Shown: positions 1 through 10,494, numbered from the stretch's first letter. The stretch: DNA of 64,000 bases from an uncultured bacterium (GCA_964417925.1 CAYQJV010000001.1:22192-86191); one strand, 5' to 3'. Notes: generated by a model from the sequence alone, not told the origin. Translations and numbers: made by a program.

Positions 1-1664
1 TAGTAGAAAAAGAATATTTTGATATATTTTTAAAAGATTTGAAAAATCTCCCCTGTGAAGTAATCGATCTTTCTAAGATTCTTATTCCTATCCCAGAGCG
101 GGTAAAAGAAATTGAAGAACGATTAACGCGAATAAAAGAGCAAAGGAAAAACATAGAAACAAAAATAAAGCATTTAACTTCTTATTTTGAAAAACTTGAG
201 ATATTAATGGACTTTTATGAAAATGATTTACAATTAAAAAAAATAGAACGTTCCATCATTTCAACTAAAACCTCATATTACATAGAAGGATGGATAAAGG
301 TAAAGGATGAGAAAAAACTTCAAGATATAATTTCACGTTTCCCTTATACCACTTATACAGAGATTGCTCCAAAAGAGGATGAAAAACCTCCAGTAGCTTT
401 AGAAAACAAAAAGATATTTAAGCCTTTTGAACTCCTCCTTGAACTTTACGGTACTCCTCTCCCCAATGAATTGGATCCAACTCCCTTCCTTGCCCCCTTT
501 TTCTCTATATTCTTTGGAATATGCCTTACCGATGCAGGTTATGGAATTTTTCTTATATTTTTCATCTTACTTGCAATTTTAAAATTCAAGATAAAAAATA
601 GATTTTTAAACATCCTTTTTGCAGGAGGAATTTTTACAGTAATTGCGGGGGCCCTTACTGGTGGATGGTTTGGAGACCTGTTTGATAAAATAGGTCTTGG
701 ATTTCTTGTGGAATTTAAAAAAACCTTCATGTTGTTTGACCCTTTTAAAAATCCAATGCCGTTTCTATTGATTGCTCTTGGATTTGGTTATCTCCAGCTT
801 TTATGGGGTATCGGATTAGAAGTTTATGATTCTCTAAGACATAGAAATTATGGATGCGCATTTTTTGAAAATCTTCCCTGGATTGTATTTTTGGTTTCTA
901 TATTATCTATTTTCTTCCTTAAAGAAAAAAGCATTGCTTGGTCATTAATACTGCTTAGTTTATCTGTAATAACAGCACTTTCTTATAGACCTGAAAAGAC
1001 AAGTTTTATTGAAGGATTTGTATTTTGGTTTTTCTTTTTCTCTTTATTTTTACTGCTCGGAGTAAGATTTAAACTTGTAAAAACAGTTCCTTATTTATAC
1101 ATTAAATATATTTTCTTTCTCAGCTGGATCTTCCTTTTTGTACACTCCTTAGCCAAAACAATAAAGAATAAGTTAAAATCAGGTTATATTTGGATGGTTA
1201 TATGTACAGTTTTTGTGGCTCTTTATTGTTTAAGAATTTCCCCAAAATTCTCTTTCATTCTTGCAGTTGTCTCAGTTTTACTCTTTGGTGTCTCTACCAG
1301 TAAAGGATGGGGAGGAAGAATCGCCTGGGGACTTTACAATGTTTATGGAGCCACCGGATTTTTAGGTATAATACTTTCCTATATAAGGTTAATGGCACTG
1401 GGAATGGTAACCGGAGGAATTGCCATGGCAATAAATACAATGGCCTGGATGGTAATAAATATCCCAGTGCTGGGAATAATTCTTGCCTTGATTATCTTAA
1501 TGATAGGTCATATTTATAACATAGGAATAAATACCTTAGGTGGTGTAGTACATTCTTTAAGATTGCAATATGTTGAATTTTTCCCACGATTTTTCACGGG
1601 TGGAGGAGAAAGATTCTCTCCTTTTTCTCTTAGAACAAAAACGGTAAAGATAAAAGAAGTGTAA
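1..1664 (+). CDS. ntpI: V-type ATP synthase subunit I (V0 a-subunit), 5'-partial (frame open to window start)
   Basis: Hallmark motif FKPFELLLELYGTPLPNELDPTPFLAPFFSIFFGICLTDAGYGIF followed by multiple predicted TM helices. N-terminal coiled-coil-like region. Reading frame is open upstream of the TTG called at 39 to position 3. Confidence 0.85.
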   Translation, partial: VEKEYFDIFLKDLKNLPCEVIDLSKILIPIPERVKEIEERLTRIKEQRKNIETKIKHLTSYFEKLEILMDFYENDLQLKKIERSIISTKTSYYIEGWIKVKDEKKLQDIISRFPYTTYTEIAPKEDEKPPVALENKKIFKPFELLLELYGTPLPNELDPTPFLAPFFSIFFGICLTDAGYGIFLIFFILLAILKFKIKNRFLNILFAGGIFTVIAGALTGGWFGDLFDKIGLGFLVEFKKTFMLFDPFKNPMPFLLIALGFGYLQLLWGIGLEVYDSLRHRNYGCAFFENLPWIVFLVSILSIFFLKEKSIAWSLILLSLSVITALSYRPEKTSFIEGFVFWFFFFSLFLLLGVRFKLVKTVPYLYIKYIFFLSWIFLFVHSLAKTIKNKLKSGYIWMVICTVFVALYCLRISPKFSFILAVVSVLLFGVSTSKGWGGRIAWGLYNVYGATGFLGIILSYIRLMALGMVTGGIAMAINTMAWMVINIPVLGIILALIILMIGHIYNIGINTLGGVVHSLRLQYVEFFPRFFTGGGERFSPFSLRTKTVKIKEV

Positions 1665-1665
1665 C

Positions 1666-2904
1666 TTGTTACTTGCTTATCTATCTAAGATTCCACTCTT
1701 ATTATTGATCTTTGTAACGCTATATCTTGTATATTTTGCTCTAAAGGTAAAAATAAAAAGAGCTGTCCCAGAAATATATCCCATGGTAAGTGTATTGGTA
1801 TATGCCAAAAATGCAGGAAACACTATAAATCGAAAAATAAAAAACTTACTTGAACAAAACTATCCAAAAGAAAAATACGAAATAATTATTTATGATAACG
1901 GCTCTACAGATGAAACAAAAACCATATGTATGAAGTATGCCCAAAAAGGTAAAATAAAGTATCTAAGGGTAGCAGAAAACGAGAAAAATAAAAAACAAAA
2001 AAACATATGGATAATAAAGAAAAAACCTTACGACCGTAAAGCTCCTTTACTGGATTTTGCTATTAAGAACTTCTCCAAAGGAGAGATACTTTTAATGAAT
2101 GACCCTGATGTGATATGCGAGAAAAATTGGATTCTTGATATGGTACAGCCATTCAAGGATGAAAAAGTTGGTGGAGTTGCGGGAACTGTTCATTGTGGTA
2201 ATTACTACAAAAACTTGATGACAAGGCTAAGAGCTGTTGAAGATGAATGGAACTATGTAGTAACCAGAATGACAGAATCCTCCATTGTTGCTCTCTACGG
2301 GGCTAACTATGGATTAAGACGAAAAGCATGGGAGGAAACAGGACATGGGAATAGTTTGATAGAAGATGTAGATATTACACTTCTTCTTCTGGATAAAGGA
2401 TGGAAAATAGTAGGAATGTCAGCTTCGGGAGTAGAGGAAGAGGTAGAAAATTTAAAACAGTATTGGAGACAAAGAACAAGATGGTATAGGGCAAGATTCT
2501 GGGCTGTATTGAAAGGAAAGAATAAATTTGGGAAGATAAAAGCTTTTATACCTTATACCATCCAACCTCTTGCTCTTTTTTCAATGTATTCGGTTTTCAT
2601 CTCTGTCTTTAAATTTTGGAATCTACTGGACCTTATCCTTTCCTTGCTTCCTCTTTTACTACTCCATACTGCAATGATAATCGGTTTTATAAAAATAAAA
2701 ACAGGAAAAACATTTATCCCATACATTCCTCTTTATTTAACAGTGGATTCAATACTTTTTGCTTTCACCATTGCATATGTTCATACCTTAGGAAGATTTC
2801 AAAAAGAGTTATGGCCCTCCCTCGAAGAAAAGTATTACCATTCAGGGTCCCGCCTTAAAAAATGGTTTTTCTGGTATGAACAGAAAACAAGACGAAAAAA
2901 CTAA
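1666..2904 (+). CDS. Membrane-bound family-2 glycosyltransferase
   Basis: N-terminal TM helix then P-MVSVLVYAKNAGN...IIIYDNGSTDET (GT2 DxD-type signature) and C-terminal TM helices. Start codon uncertain (TTG). Confidence 0.6.
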   Translation: MLLAYLSKIPLLLLIFVTLYLVYFALKVKIKRAVPEIYPMVSVLVYAKNAGNTINRKIKNLLEQNYPKEKYEIIIYDNGSTDETKTICMKYAQKGKIKYLRVAENEKNKKQKNIWIIKKKPYDRKAPLLDFAIKNFSKGEILLMNDPDVICEKNWILDMVQPFKDEKVGGVAGTVHCGNYYKNLMTRLRAVEDEWNYVVTRMTESSIVALYGANYGLRRKAWEETGHGNSLIEDVDITLLLLDKGWKIVGMSASGVEEEVENLKQYWRQRTRWYRARFWAVLKGKNKFGKIKAFIPYTIQPLALFSMYSVFISVFKFWNLLDLILSLLPLLLLHTAMIIGFIKIKTGKTFIPYIPLYLTVDSILFAFTIAYVHTLGRFQKELWPSLEEKYYHSGSRLKKWFFWYEQKTRRKN

Positions 2905-3269
2905 CTTAAATTTTTTAAAAGAAGTTCCTTCGCCCTTTGAAAATGTTCGTATAGAGCTTTCTCTGGATTTTCTATATAATCTTTAAGGTCATTCATTCTT
3001 TCTATCTCTTCTTTTGTCTTCCCTTCTACCATTCTACATAAAATATCTGCAGCTACAAACATGTAAGGGTCACAATAAGCACACATAAACTTTATTTCTT
3101 TGATCCTTTTTTCTTCAATCCTTGCATAGAAAAAAACCTGATCCCGATGCGTTCCTTTTGGACATATCGTACCTTCAATACTCAAGTTGGCATTTTCCAA
3201 TCTTCCCATTTTTCCTTCTTCTTTATTAGAAAAGAGCTTTTTAAAATAATCTTGGGTAGTTTTTTCCAT
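2901..3269 (-). CDS. IscU/SufU-like Fe-S cluster scaffold protein (variant Cys motifs)
   Basis: About 120 aa with Cys-containing motifs (EGTICPKG, MCAYCDP, ILCRM) that align by pattern to Thermotoga IscU-like proteins. Lies immediately downstream of, and co-oriented with, the cysteine desulfurase gene. Confidence 0.5.
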   Translation of the reverse strand: MEKTTQDYFKKLFSNKEEGKMGRLENANLSIEGTICPKGTHRDQVFFYARIEEKRIKEIKFMCAYCDPYMFVAADILCRMVEGKTKEEIERMNDLKDYIENPEKALYEHFQRAKELLLKNLS

Positions 3270-3272
3270 ACT

Positions 3273-4595
3273 CTATCCTCCCAATGTAGGTATTTCTTTT
3301 AATTCCTCAAGAATTCTTTCCAAGGTATGAATAAAAATATCTGCCTCCTCCTTTGTATTGTAAAGATAAAGAGAAACCCTGTAGAGTGTTGGACGAAATC
3401 CAGGCCAAATGGAATCAAAATACCTCTCATGTGCATGGTACCATGAGTGTACACAAAATGTTCCCTTTCTTATCATGATATTTGAATATGCATCCAGCTT
3501 TTCATCCACATCTAAATCATCATGGGAAATTCGGGTTACAGGTTTCTTTATAAAGAAGGTAACTATGCCTGTTCTTTTTTCCTCAGATGGACCGATTATC
3601 TCCACTTCAGGAAAGTTATTTTTTATTTTTCTGGATATGTAAATCTGTAAATTCTTCTCATGTTGTTCTATCCTTTCTAATCCTACAGAAAGAAGATACT
3701 CTGCAGCAGCACCTGCACCTATTATTCCTGCATAGTTCTGTAAGCCTGCTTCGTATTTAAATGGAGGTTTAAAGTATTTTGGATGTTTAAAAAGATATGT
3801 ATCTTCAACAGTTCCTCCACCTACTATAAAGGGACGCATGATATTTTCCTCCTCCAGAATCTCCTTTCTACCATAAAGAACACCCATTCCAGTAGGCCCT
3901 CCCATTTTGTGGATTGAAAAGGCTAAAAAATCAATGCCCAGGTCTTGAACATCTACCTTCTTATGAGGAACGCTCTGCGCTCCGTCTACTAAAACAAAAG
4001 CCTGAGGATTGTTTTTTTTGATTACCTCCACTATCTCTTTTATAGTCGCATCAGAAATTTCTGCGCCATCAAGATTTGAAATCTGAGGAAAAGCAAATAA
4101 TCTTATCCTTTTGCCTTCCTCTGCTACCAGTTTTTTTAAATTTTTTATATCAAAGGTATTATCCTCAGCTGACTTCACCACAAGATGCTTTTTTATAATC
4201 CCCCTTGCCTCCAATTCCTGCCAAGGGCATAAGTTTGAATTATGTTCTTTATCAGTGGTCACTACTATATCTTCCTTATCCCATCTAATACTTTGAGCTA
4301 TAATGTTTATCGCCTCTGTAGCATTTTTAGTAAAAATTATTTCCTCGGGAAACCTTGCATTTATCAACTTTCTAATACTTTCTCTGGCCTTATTTACCTC
4401 TTCGTCAACCTTTTTTGCAAACCAGTGATGGCTTCTTTCCCCACACGCAGGATAATGATAATAGTAATCATTCATTACCTCTATCACTTGCCTTGGTTTC
4501 AAAGTCATACAAGCGTTGTCAAAATATATTGGGGGTTTACCATTTCTCTCTTGTTTCAAAGCAGGAAAATCTTCTCTACAGTCCGCTAAATCCAT
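3273..4595 (-). CDS. Cysteine desulfurase, class-V aminotransferase (SufS/Csd-like)
   Basis: PLP-lysine motif FSIHKMGGPTGMGVLYG; size and fold-type fit SufS/CsdA family. Confidence 0.8.
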   Translation of the reverse strand: MDLADCREDFPALKQERNGKPPIYFDNACMTLKPRQVIEVMNDYYYHYPACGERSHHWFAKKVDEEVNKARESIRKLINARFPEEIIFTKNATEAINIIAQSIRWDKEDIVVTTDKEHNSNLCPWQELEARGIIKKHLVVKSAEDNTFDIKNLKKLVAEEGKRIRLFAFPQISNLDGAEISDATIKEIVEVIKKNNPQAFVLVDGAQSVPHKKVDVQDLGIDFLAFSIHKMGGPTGMGVLYGRKEILEEENIMRPFIVGGGTVEDTYLFKHPKYFKPPFKYEAGLQNYAGIIGAGAAAEYLLSVGLERIEQHEKNLQIYISRKIKNNFPEVEIIGPSEEKRTGIVTFFIKKPVTRISHDDLDVDEKLDAYSNIMIRKGTFCVHSWYHAHERYFDSIWPGFRPTLYRVSLYLYNTKEEADIFIHTLERILEELKEIPTLGG

Positions 4596-4607
4596 TCTTC
4601 CTCCTTT

Positions 4608-5261
4608 TTATTCACTATATACTTTTATATCATCTATTCTATAGTAATCATCTGGACCAGATACAAAACCGATCCATCCTTCTTTCTGAATACTCAAAGG
4701 ATCCTCAGTAGATCCTATACAGGTTCCATCTAAGATAACAACAATAGAATCGGAAATAACGGTTATCCTTAAATCATGCCATTCCTTATCCGAAACAGTA
4801 AAAGGGATTTCTGCATCGAAAAGTATTGCTTCAACAGGGCCTGCATAGTTGTCTATCCTTTTTATACTCAACCTATCCGTATGCGAAATTTCTACCAAAT
4901 ATCCTTGAACTTCATTGCATCTTAATCCTATTCTTATATTGCCCTGTGTGGAAAATTCAAATCTCGCTTTTAGTACCAAGGTAAAATCCTGAAAATTTTT
5001 ATTTAAATAAAGAAGCGCAGGATACACCTCTTCACTTACTCCTGGAGGTGTAATTTCTAAAACTTTAGATTGCTCCTGTACGATGAAATCAAAGCTATCT
5101 GTATAAAGACCATTCCAACCTATCTTCCATTCTTCTGTCTGAAAGGTGAATCTTCCTTCTTTATATGTCTCAAAATCTTCTTCATACAGTAAACCGCTGG
5201 GAGGTTCTTCACATCCAACAACTATTAAAAGAAACCATAACATTATACACAACCTTTTCAT
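4608..5261 (-). CDS. Hypothetical lipoprotein (concanavalin/LamG-like fold guess)
   Basis: Signal peptide ending LIVVGC (lipobox-like). No recognised catalytic motif. Confidence 0.4.
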   Translation of the reverse strand: MKRLCIMLWFLLIVVGCEEPPSGLLYEEDFETYKEGRFTFQTEEWKIGWNGLYTDSFDFIVQEQSKVLEITPPGVSEEVYPALLYLNKNFQDFTLVLKARFEFSTQGNIRIGLRCNEVQGYLVEISHTDRLSIKRIDNYAGPVEAILFDAEIPFTVSDKEWHDLRITVISDSIVVILDGTCIGSTEDPLSIQKEGWIGFVSGPDDYYRIDDIKVYSE

Positions 5262-5353
5262 AAAAAAGTTTATTTAAATATCTCTAATTGTCAAATATTT
5301 AAAAAATTAATTGACTTTTAAGCTTTGTATGATAAAATAGAACACAAAAGGAG

Positions 5354-7360
5354 GTGTTTATGAAAAAATTGATATTACTAATTCCTTTTTTTATTTTTGC
5401 AAATTCTTTTACATTTAACCCTGAAGAACCTATCCAAGGACAAATATTCTCTGTTTCTTTTATCCCTGAATTTATAGAACCTACAGCCTTAAAAGGAATA
5501 TTTGTTGTAGAAAAAAAGGATACCACAGAAGTGAAATTATTAACACCTTTCATAAAAAATGAAAGGGTGGAGTTTAAAATAAAAATTCCCAAGGATGCAG
5601 AACTTCTTGAGTTTAAATTTGAAGATAACAATGGAAATGCTATTGACGATAGTGGTACTTACTTTGTTAAAGTAATAACAGATACTCTTTCTAAGCCAGT
5701 ATGGAATACCTATTACAGGTGGGCGAGAACCTATCTTAGATTTACAAAATACGATATTGAAAAGGTAAAAAATCTTCTAAAAGCAGAAATAAATTTTCAC
5801 CCCTCTAACTGGTTTGCAACAGATCTACTATGGCAGATTGAAATCAAACAAGACTCCACAAAACTTCCATATGTACGATACTTAGTGGATAGTTTGCTTC
5901 ATGAGGCAAAGGATTCAATAGAAATGCTTTATTTTGTGATTTTAAAAGCATCGGCAGATTATCTTAGATGGCCTGAACTTGCAGACAGCATGCTTACATT
6001 ATGTGCAGAGAAATATCCTGCAAGTAAGTATTGGCTTAACTCCTCCATTGTAAAACCTATTATTCAATATCTCCATGAAGTACCTCAAAGAGAAAAGAAG
6101 TTTGAAGAAAACATCTTTCCTATGTTAAAAGGAGATGGTAAAGAGTCTGCATACTACATTCTTTTTGTACTCTCTTTAATGAATCTTGATAAGGAAAAAG
6201 CAGAAATAATTGCCAAAACATACACAAGGGAATTCCCCAATTCAAAATATGCTCCTGCAATGCTTTTAGTATTCACAAATTATGCCTATCCTACAAGAGA
6301 TTCTTCCTGGCTTGAAGAAGTTGAAAAAATCTACACAAAGTACCCAGAAAATGAACAAGTAGTGTACAGTCTTGCAAGCTATTATAGAGAAATTAATGAA
6401 GAGAAAGCCTATAAGTTTTATAAAAAACTTCTTGAAATAAGAAGAACTCCTTATTATATCAAAGAGTTTATCCGATTTCTTGCAGATAAAAAAAGATACA
6501 GAAAAGAGTTTGAGAAATTGATAGATGAATTGGAAGATTCACTTAATATAGATTTTTACAGAAAGAAACTGTGGTGGTTGAATTTTGAAGAAAGGAAGAG
6601 AGAACAAATCAAAGATTATGCTGATATATACTGCATAAAAGCAATAGCAGAGTCTTCCAGGAAAAATTATGAAAAAGCAAAGGAACTCATTTACAAAGCA
6701 GATAGTATGTTAAAAGCCATCCATGTTTATGATAAATCGGTATTCTATTGCATGAAAAAAGTAGCAGAAAAAACCAAGGATATTGAAATGGAAAAAAGAG
6801 CCTTACTTGGAATCCTTTTTGAAGAAAGAACTAATAAAGGGATAATTACACGATTAAAAGAAATCTACAAAAAAGAGCATAACATTACAGAAGAATTTGA
6901 CAACTTCCTTGACAAAAAGATAAAGGAATTTCTCTTGGACTACAGATTACACCAACCCGCGCCTATTTTCTCTACTAAGGATATTAACGGTGAAACAATA
7001 GATCTATCCAAACTAAAGGGTAAAATAGTGGTTATAAATTTTTGGGCTACCTGGTGTGGTCCTTGCAGAAGAGAAATACCGGATCTAAACAGCCTTGTGG
7101 AAAGATTTAAAAATGACTCTGAAGTAGTTTTCCTTGCAATTAGTGGAGAAGAAAAGAATAAAATAGTTAAGTTTATAGAGAAAAATCCATTTAATTACAG
7201 ATTAATATACGATGCGGATAATATTTTAAAAATGTATTCTATACAAAGTATACCAACTCATATAATTATAGATAAAAAAGGGTACATACAGTTTAAAATT
7301 GTGGGGGCCACTCCTGGAATTGAGGAGATGCTGGAAGACTGGATAAAAGCACTAAAATAG
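5354..7360 (+). CDS. Secreted TPR-repeat protein with C-terminal TlpA/ResA-like thioredoxin domain
   Basis: N-terminal signal peptide MFMKKLILLIPFFIFANS. Long helical repeat region. C-terminal WATWCGPCRREIP (WCxxC thioredoxin motif). SD-like AAAGGAGGTG precedes the ATG. Confidence 0.65.
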   Translation: MFMKKLILLIPFFIFANSFTFNPEEPIQGQIFSVSFIPEFIEPTALKGIFVVEKKDTTEVKLLTPFIKNERVEFKIKIPKDAELLEFKFEDNNGNAIDDSGTYFVKVITDTLSKPVWNTYYRWARTYLRFTKYDIEKVKNLLKAEINFHPSNWFATDLLWQIEIKQDSTKLPYVRYLVDSLLHEAKDSIEMLYFVILKASADYLRWPELADSMLTLCAEKYPASKYWLNSSIVKPIIQYLHEVPQREKKFEENIFPMLKGDGKESAYYILFVLSLMNLDKEKAEIIAKTYTREFPNSKYAPAMLLVFTNYAYPTRDSSWLEEVEKIYTKYPENEQVVYSLASYYREINEEKAYKFYKKLLEIRRTPYYIKEFIRFLADKKRYRKEFEKLIDELEDSLNIDFYRKKLWWLNFEERKREQIKDYADIYCIKAIAESSRKNYEKAKELIYKADSMLKAIHVYDKSVFYCMKKVAEKTKDIEMEKRALLGILFEERTNKGIITRLKEIYKKEHNITEEFDNFLDKKIKEFLLDYRLHQPAPIFSTKDINGETIDLSKLKGKIVVINFWATWCGPCRREIPDLNSLVERFKNDSEVVFLAISGEEKNKIVKFIEKNPFNYRLIYDADNILKMYSIQSIPTHIIIDKKGYIQFKIVGATPGIEEMLEDWIKALK

Positions 7361-7924
7361 CTCAACCAGTCTTTTATAAGACCAAATAGCTTTATCCACA
7401 GGTCTTACTTCCACGATGAGATAGGGATCTATATCCTTGATAAACTCCCTATAAAAATTAAAGTCTATGCTTCCTTCTCCTAAGGGTAAATGTTCATCAG
7501 CATTTCCTCTGTTATCATGTACATGAACATTGATTATTCTATTTTTCATCTTCTCAAAAAAAGAAAACTCTTCTTCCTTCAATTCGGTTGGTACAGATTC
7601 TAAATGTCCTATGTCCATTGTAAATTTTATATTTTCTGTCTGCAAAAGTATAGCTCTCAAATCTCTCCTATGAAACCCTCCAGCATTTTCAATAGCAATA
7701 GGATAATCCTTTGCAATTTCATCCAAAATTTTTATCCTTTCTTCAAAGAGTTCTTCAAAAAAAGAAGAAAATATGTCGGCAGTGCATCTTTTTTCACCAC
7801 AAAAAGCAAGAGAAACTGGAAAACCTACATGCATAGTGTATGCCCTTATACCTCTGTCCTTTGAAAGCAATTCTAAAAGCCATGAGATATAACTTTTGAA
7901 AACCCCACGTTCTAAAAAAAACAA
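7352..7924 (-). CDS. Sugar-phosphate isomerase/epimerase (xylose-isomerase-like TIM barrel). The true start is probably upstream of the called TTG
   Basis: Motifs IENAGGF, INVHVHDNRGNADEHLPLGEGSIDF. The same frame stays open and protein-like (…ITTLELNLNNPYFLKAVENG…) up to about 8125 with no ATG/GTG/TTG. Confidence 0.55.
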   Translation of the reverse strand: MFFLERGVFKSYISWLLELLSKDRGIRAYTMHVGFPVSLAFCGEKRCTADIFSSFFEELFEERIKILDEIAKDYPIAIENAGGFHRRDLRAILLQTENIKFTMDIGHLESVPTELKEEEFSFFEKMKNRIINVHVHDNRGNADEHLPLGEGSIDFNFYREFIKDIDPYLIVEVRPVDKAIWSYKRLVELF

Positions 7925-8130
7925 AGAAAATCCCTCAGGTAAATGAAAAAGAAGGTTAAAATCCCTATCAGGGAGAGTATAATTACCATTTTCAACAGCC
8001 TTTAAAAAATAGGGATTATTGAGATTGAGCTCCAGTGTTGTAATTTTATTTTTAAATGCAAATTCAATTGCTTCATTTATTCTATCAAAACCTTCAAGAA
8101 TTTGTATTCCTTTCTTATTAACCTCTCTTA

Positions 8131-9456
8131 TTATCTTTCCTCCCTTATTTCATATCCATAACCAAGCCGTATTAACCTTCTTATATTTTCAAGATTCGTG
8201 ACAACCGCAAGTATTAACAAGGTAGGTATAATTAAGTTAAACAGAGCACCAAGAAATATTATAAATATCCTCATATCTCTACCGAATCTGAGGATACCCT
8301 CTCTCTCTATTATTTTATCATACCATACCGCTGTATAACTATTTAAAAAAGACCCCATCATGGTGAAAAATCCAAGTATCCATACCCATTCCTGTGCTGT
8401 ATGTAACCATGCTGCTCTGGTAAGACCAAGAATCATCAAACCATCTGCAACCCTATCAAGAACTCGGTCAAACCACTCCCCAAATTTGGAGATACTAAGT
8501 TTTAATCTCGCTATTTCTCCATCGCATCCATCTATTATAGAAGATAGTTGAGCAAGAATCCCTCCCGCGATTATCTTGATATATTCTCCAGTAAAAAAAC
8601 ACACAGATGCTATTACAGCGATTAAGAAACTTAAGAAGGTAACCTGATTGGGTGTTATCTTCGTTTTTGCAAGGAAGGTAGATATTTTTAGAGATACAGG
8701 TCTGTTGATAAAACGTGCAATAGGACCATCTGTAGGTTTAGAAAGATTCTTTACAAGAATTTTCTCTGCTTTTTCAAGAGCTACTTCATCATCTACATCT
8801 ACCCAGAAATGTCCTGTAACATCCATGGCGTCCAGTAATCCTCTTTCTGCAAGAATTTGATTTGCAGCAGAAAGTGTGTAACTTCCCCTTTTTATACTCT
8901 CCTTTAATGCATCAAATATCACAGGAGTACATAGAAAAACTCCTGTATCTATTCCATTATACTTTCTCAAATGTTTCCCTATCTTTTTTATCTTACCATC
9001 TTCTATCCATACCTTTGTAGCATCATCCAAGGTAAAATACCAACCATTTAAGTTTCTATCCACACACAGTACACAGTGATTCTCTTTAACTCCTCTTTTT
9101 ATTAACTCCTTTAAAGTTGTATGGTCAAAGAGATGGTCAGACATTAAAAGCACAAATTGCTTTTCATTTTTTAAAACTTTTTCTGCCTTTAATACAGAAA
9201 TTCCATTTTCTTTTTCCCATTCATCATTATACACATATTGAATCCTCACTCCATATTTTTTACCATCACCTAATTTTTGTTTTATTTCATCTCCTCTATA
9301 ACCAATCACTACCACAAATTCCTTTATGCCAGCTCTTTTAGCTCTATAAATTATCCTTTCAATTAAAGGAACTCCAAAAATAAGAGCGAGTGGCTTAGGA
9401 GCAAACTTTGATCTTAACCTTCTTCCCCGTCCAGCAGCAATGATTAAAGCCCTCAC
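8131..9456 (-). CDS. Bifunctional CTP:inositol-1-phosphate cytidylyltransferase / di-myo-inositol-phosphate-phosphate synthase (IPCT/DIPPS)
   Basis: N-terminal nucleotidyltransferase G-loop IIAAGRGRRL. C-terminal CDP-alcohol phosphatidyltransferase signature DGCDGEIARLKLSISKFGEWFDRVLDRVAD (DG-x2-AR-x8-G-x3-D-x3-D) followed by TM helices. Confidence 0.8.
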   Translation of the reverse strand: MRALIIAAGRGRRLRSKFAPKPLALIFGVPLIERIIYRAKRAGIKEFVVVIGYRGDEIKQKLGDGKKYGVRIQYVYNDEWEKENGISVLKAEKVLKNEKQFVLLMSDHLFDHTTLKELIKRGVKENHCVLCVDRNLNGWYFTLDDATKVWIEDGKIKKIGKHLRKYNGIDTGVFLCTPVIFDALKESIKRGSYTLSAANQILAERGLLDAMDVTGHFWVDVDDEVALEKAEKILVKNLSKPTDGPIARFINRPVSLKISTFLAKTKITPNQVTFLSFLIAVIASVCFFTGEYIKIIAGGILAQLSSIIDGCDGEIARLKLSISKFGEWFDRVLDRVADGLMILGLTRAAWLHTAQEWVWILGFFTMMGSFLNSYTAVWYDKIIEREGILRFGRDMRIFIIFLGALFNLIIPTLLILAVVTNLENIRRLIRLGYGYEIREER

Positions 9457-9575
9457 TTTATCACCTCCTTTCTGTAAAATTATACGCAGAAATCAAAAAG
9501 AATCAATTTGTCGTAAGAGGTGTTTTCTTGACTTTCACAGAAATTTTCTTAAAATGATGAAAAATAGGAGGAGAA

Positions 9576-10481
9576 ATGAAAAAAATTGTAAAAACTATCA
9601 TACTGTTCATCTCTTTATTATTCATTTTTGACTGTAAAAAAGAACTAAAACTTCCTGAAAATATTAAAGGGGAATTGGCATTTGTAAGTGATGAAGACGG
9701 CAATAGAGACATATATATAATGAAACTCCCAGAAAGAACTATAAAACAAATAACTTTTACACAAAATACACCTACAAACTCTCAAGTTGAAAACATGTTT
9801 ATCAGTTGGTCTGTTGACAACAAAATAGCCTTTACATCAACCAGGGATGGAAACAATGAAATCTATATCATAAATGCAGATGGCACTGGAGAAAAAAGAC
9901 TAACCAACAACAACTACTTTGACGGATATCCAACTTTTTCTCCGGATGGGAAAAAAATAGCCTTCTCTTCCGCTCCTGAAGGTAAAAAAGATATTTTCAT
10001 TCTTGATTTAACCACAGGCAAAGTAAAAAGACTTACAAAAACCTTAGGAGATGAAATTACTTTAAAATGGTCACCGGATGGTAAGAAAATAGCTTATGCT
10101 GCTTACGTAAAAGGTAAGGCTCAGATATTTGTATACGACTTTAAAACCAAAAAAATAACACAACTCACCCATAATGATGCAGACAATGTAAATCCCGCAT
10201 GGACTCCAGATTCAAAGAAGATTCTTTTTTCTTCAAATAGAACAGGAGACTTTGACATATATATTATGAATGCTGATGGTTCGGATCAAAAACCTCTAAT
10301 AACATCTCCTGAAAATGATGGAATGCCATCGGTATCCAGCGATGGGAAATGGATAGCTTTTCAGTCTTATAGGGACGGAAACTTTGAAATATATATTGCC
10401 TCTATGGACGGAAAGAAAATATATAGAGTGACAAATTCTAAATTTTATGAGAGAAATCCTGTATGGAAACCATTAAAATAG
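9576..10481 (+). CDS. TolB-like periplasmic beta-propeller protein (PD40 repeats)
   Basis: Signal peptide. Repeated SPDGKKIAF…G..DIY blades typical of WD40-like PD40 repeats. SD GGAGGAG 8 nt before the ATG. Confidence 0.65.
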   Translation: MKKIVKTIILFISLLFIFDCKKELKLPENIKGELAFVSDEDGNRDIYIMKLPERTIKQITFTQNTPTNSQVENMFISWSVDNKIAFTSTRDGNNEIYIINADGTGEKRLTNNNYFDGYPTFSPDGKKIAFSSAPEGKKDIFILDLTTGKVKRLTKTLGDEITLKWSPDGKKIAYAAYVKGKAQIFVYDFKTKKITQLTHNDADNVNPAWTPDSKKILFSSNRTGDFDIYIMNADGSDQKPLITSPENDGMPSVSSDGKWIAFQSYRDGNFEIYIASMDGKKIYRVTNSKFYERNPVWKPLK

Positions 10482-10494
10482 CAAAAACTCAATA

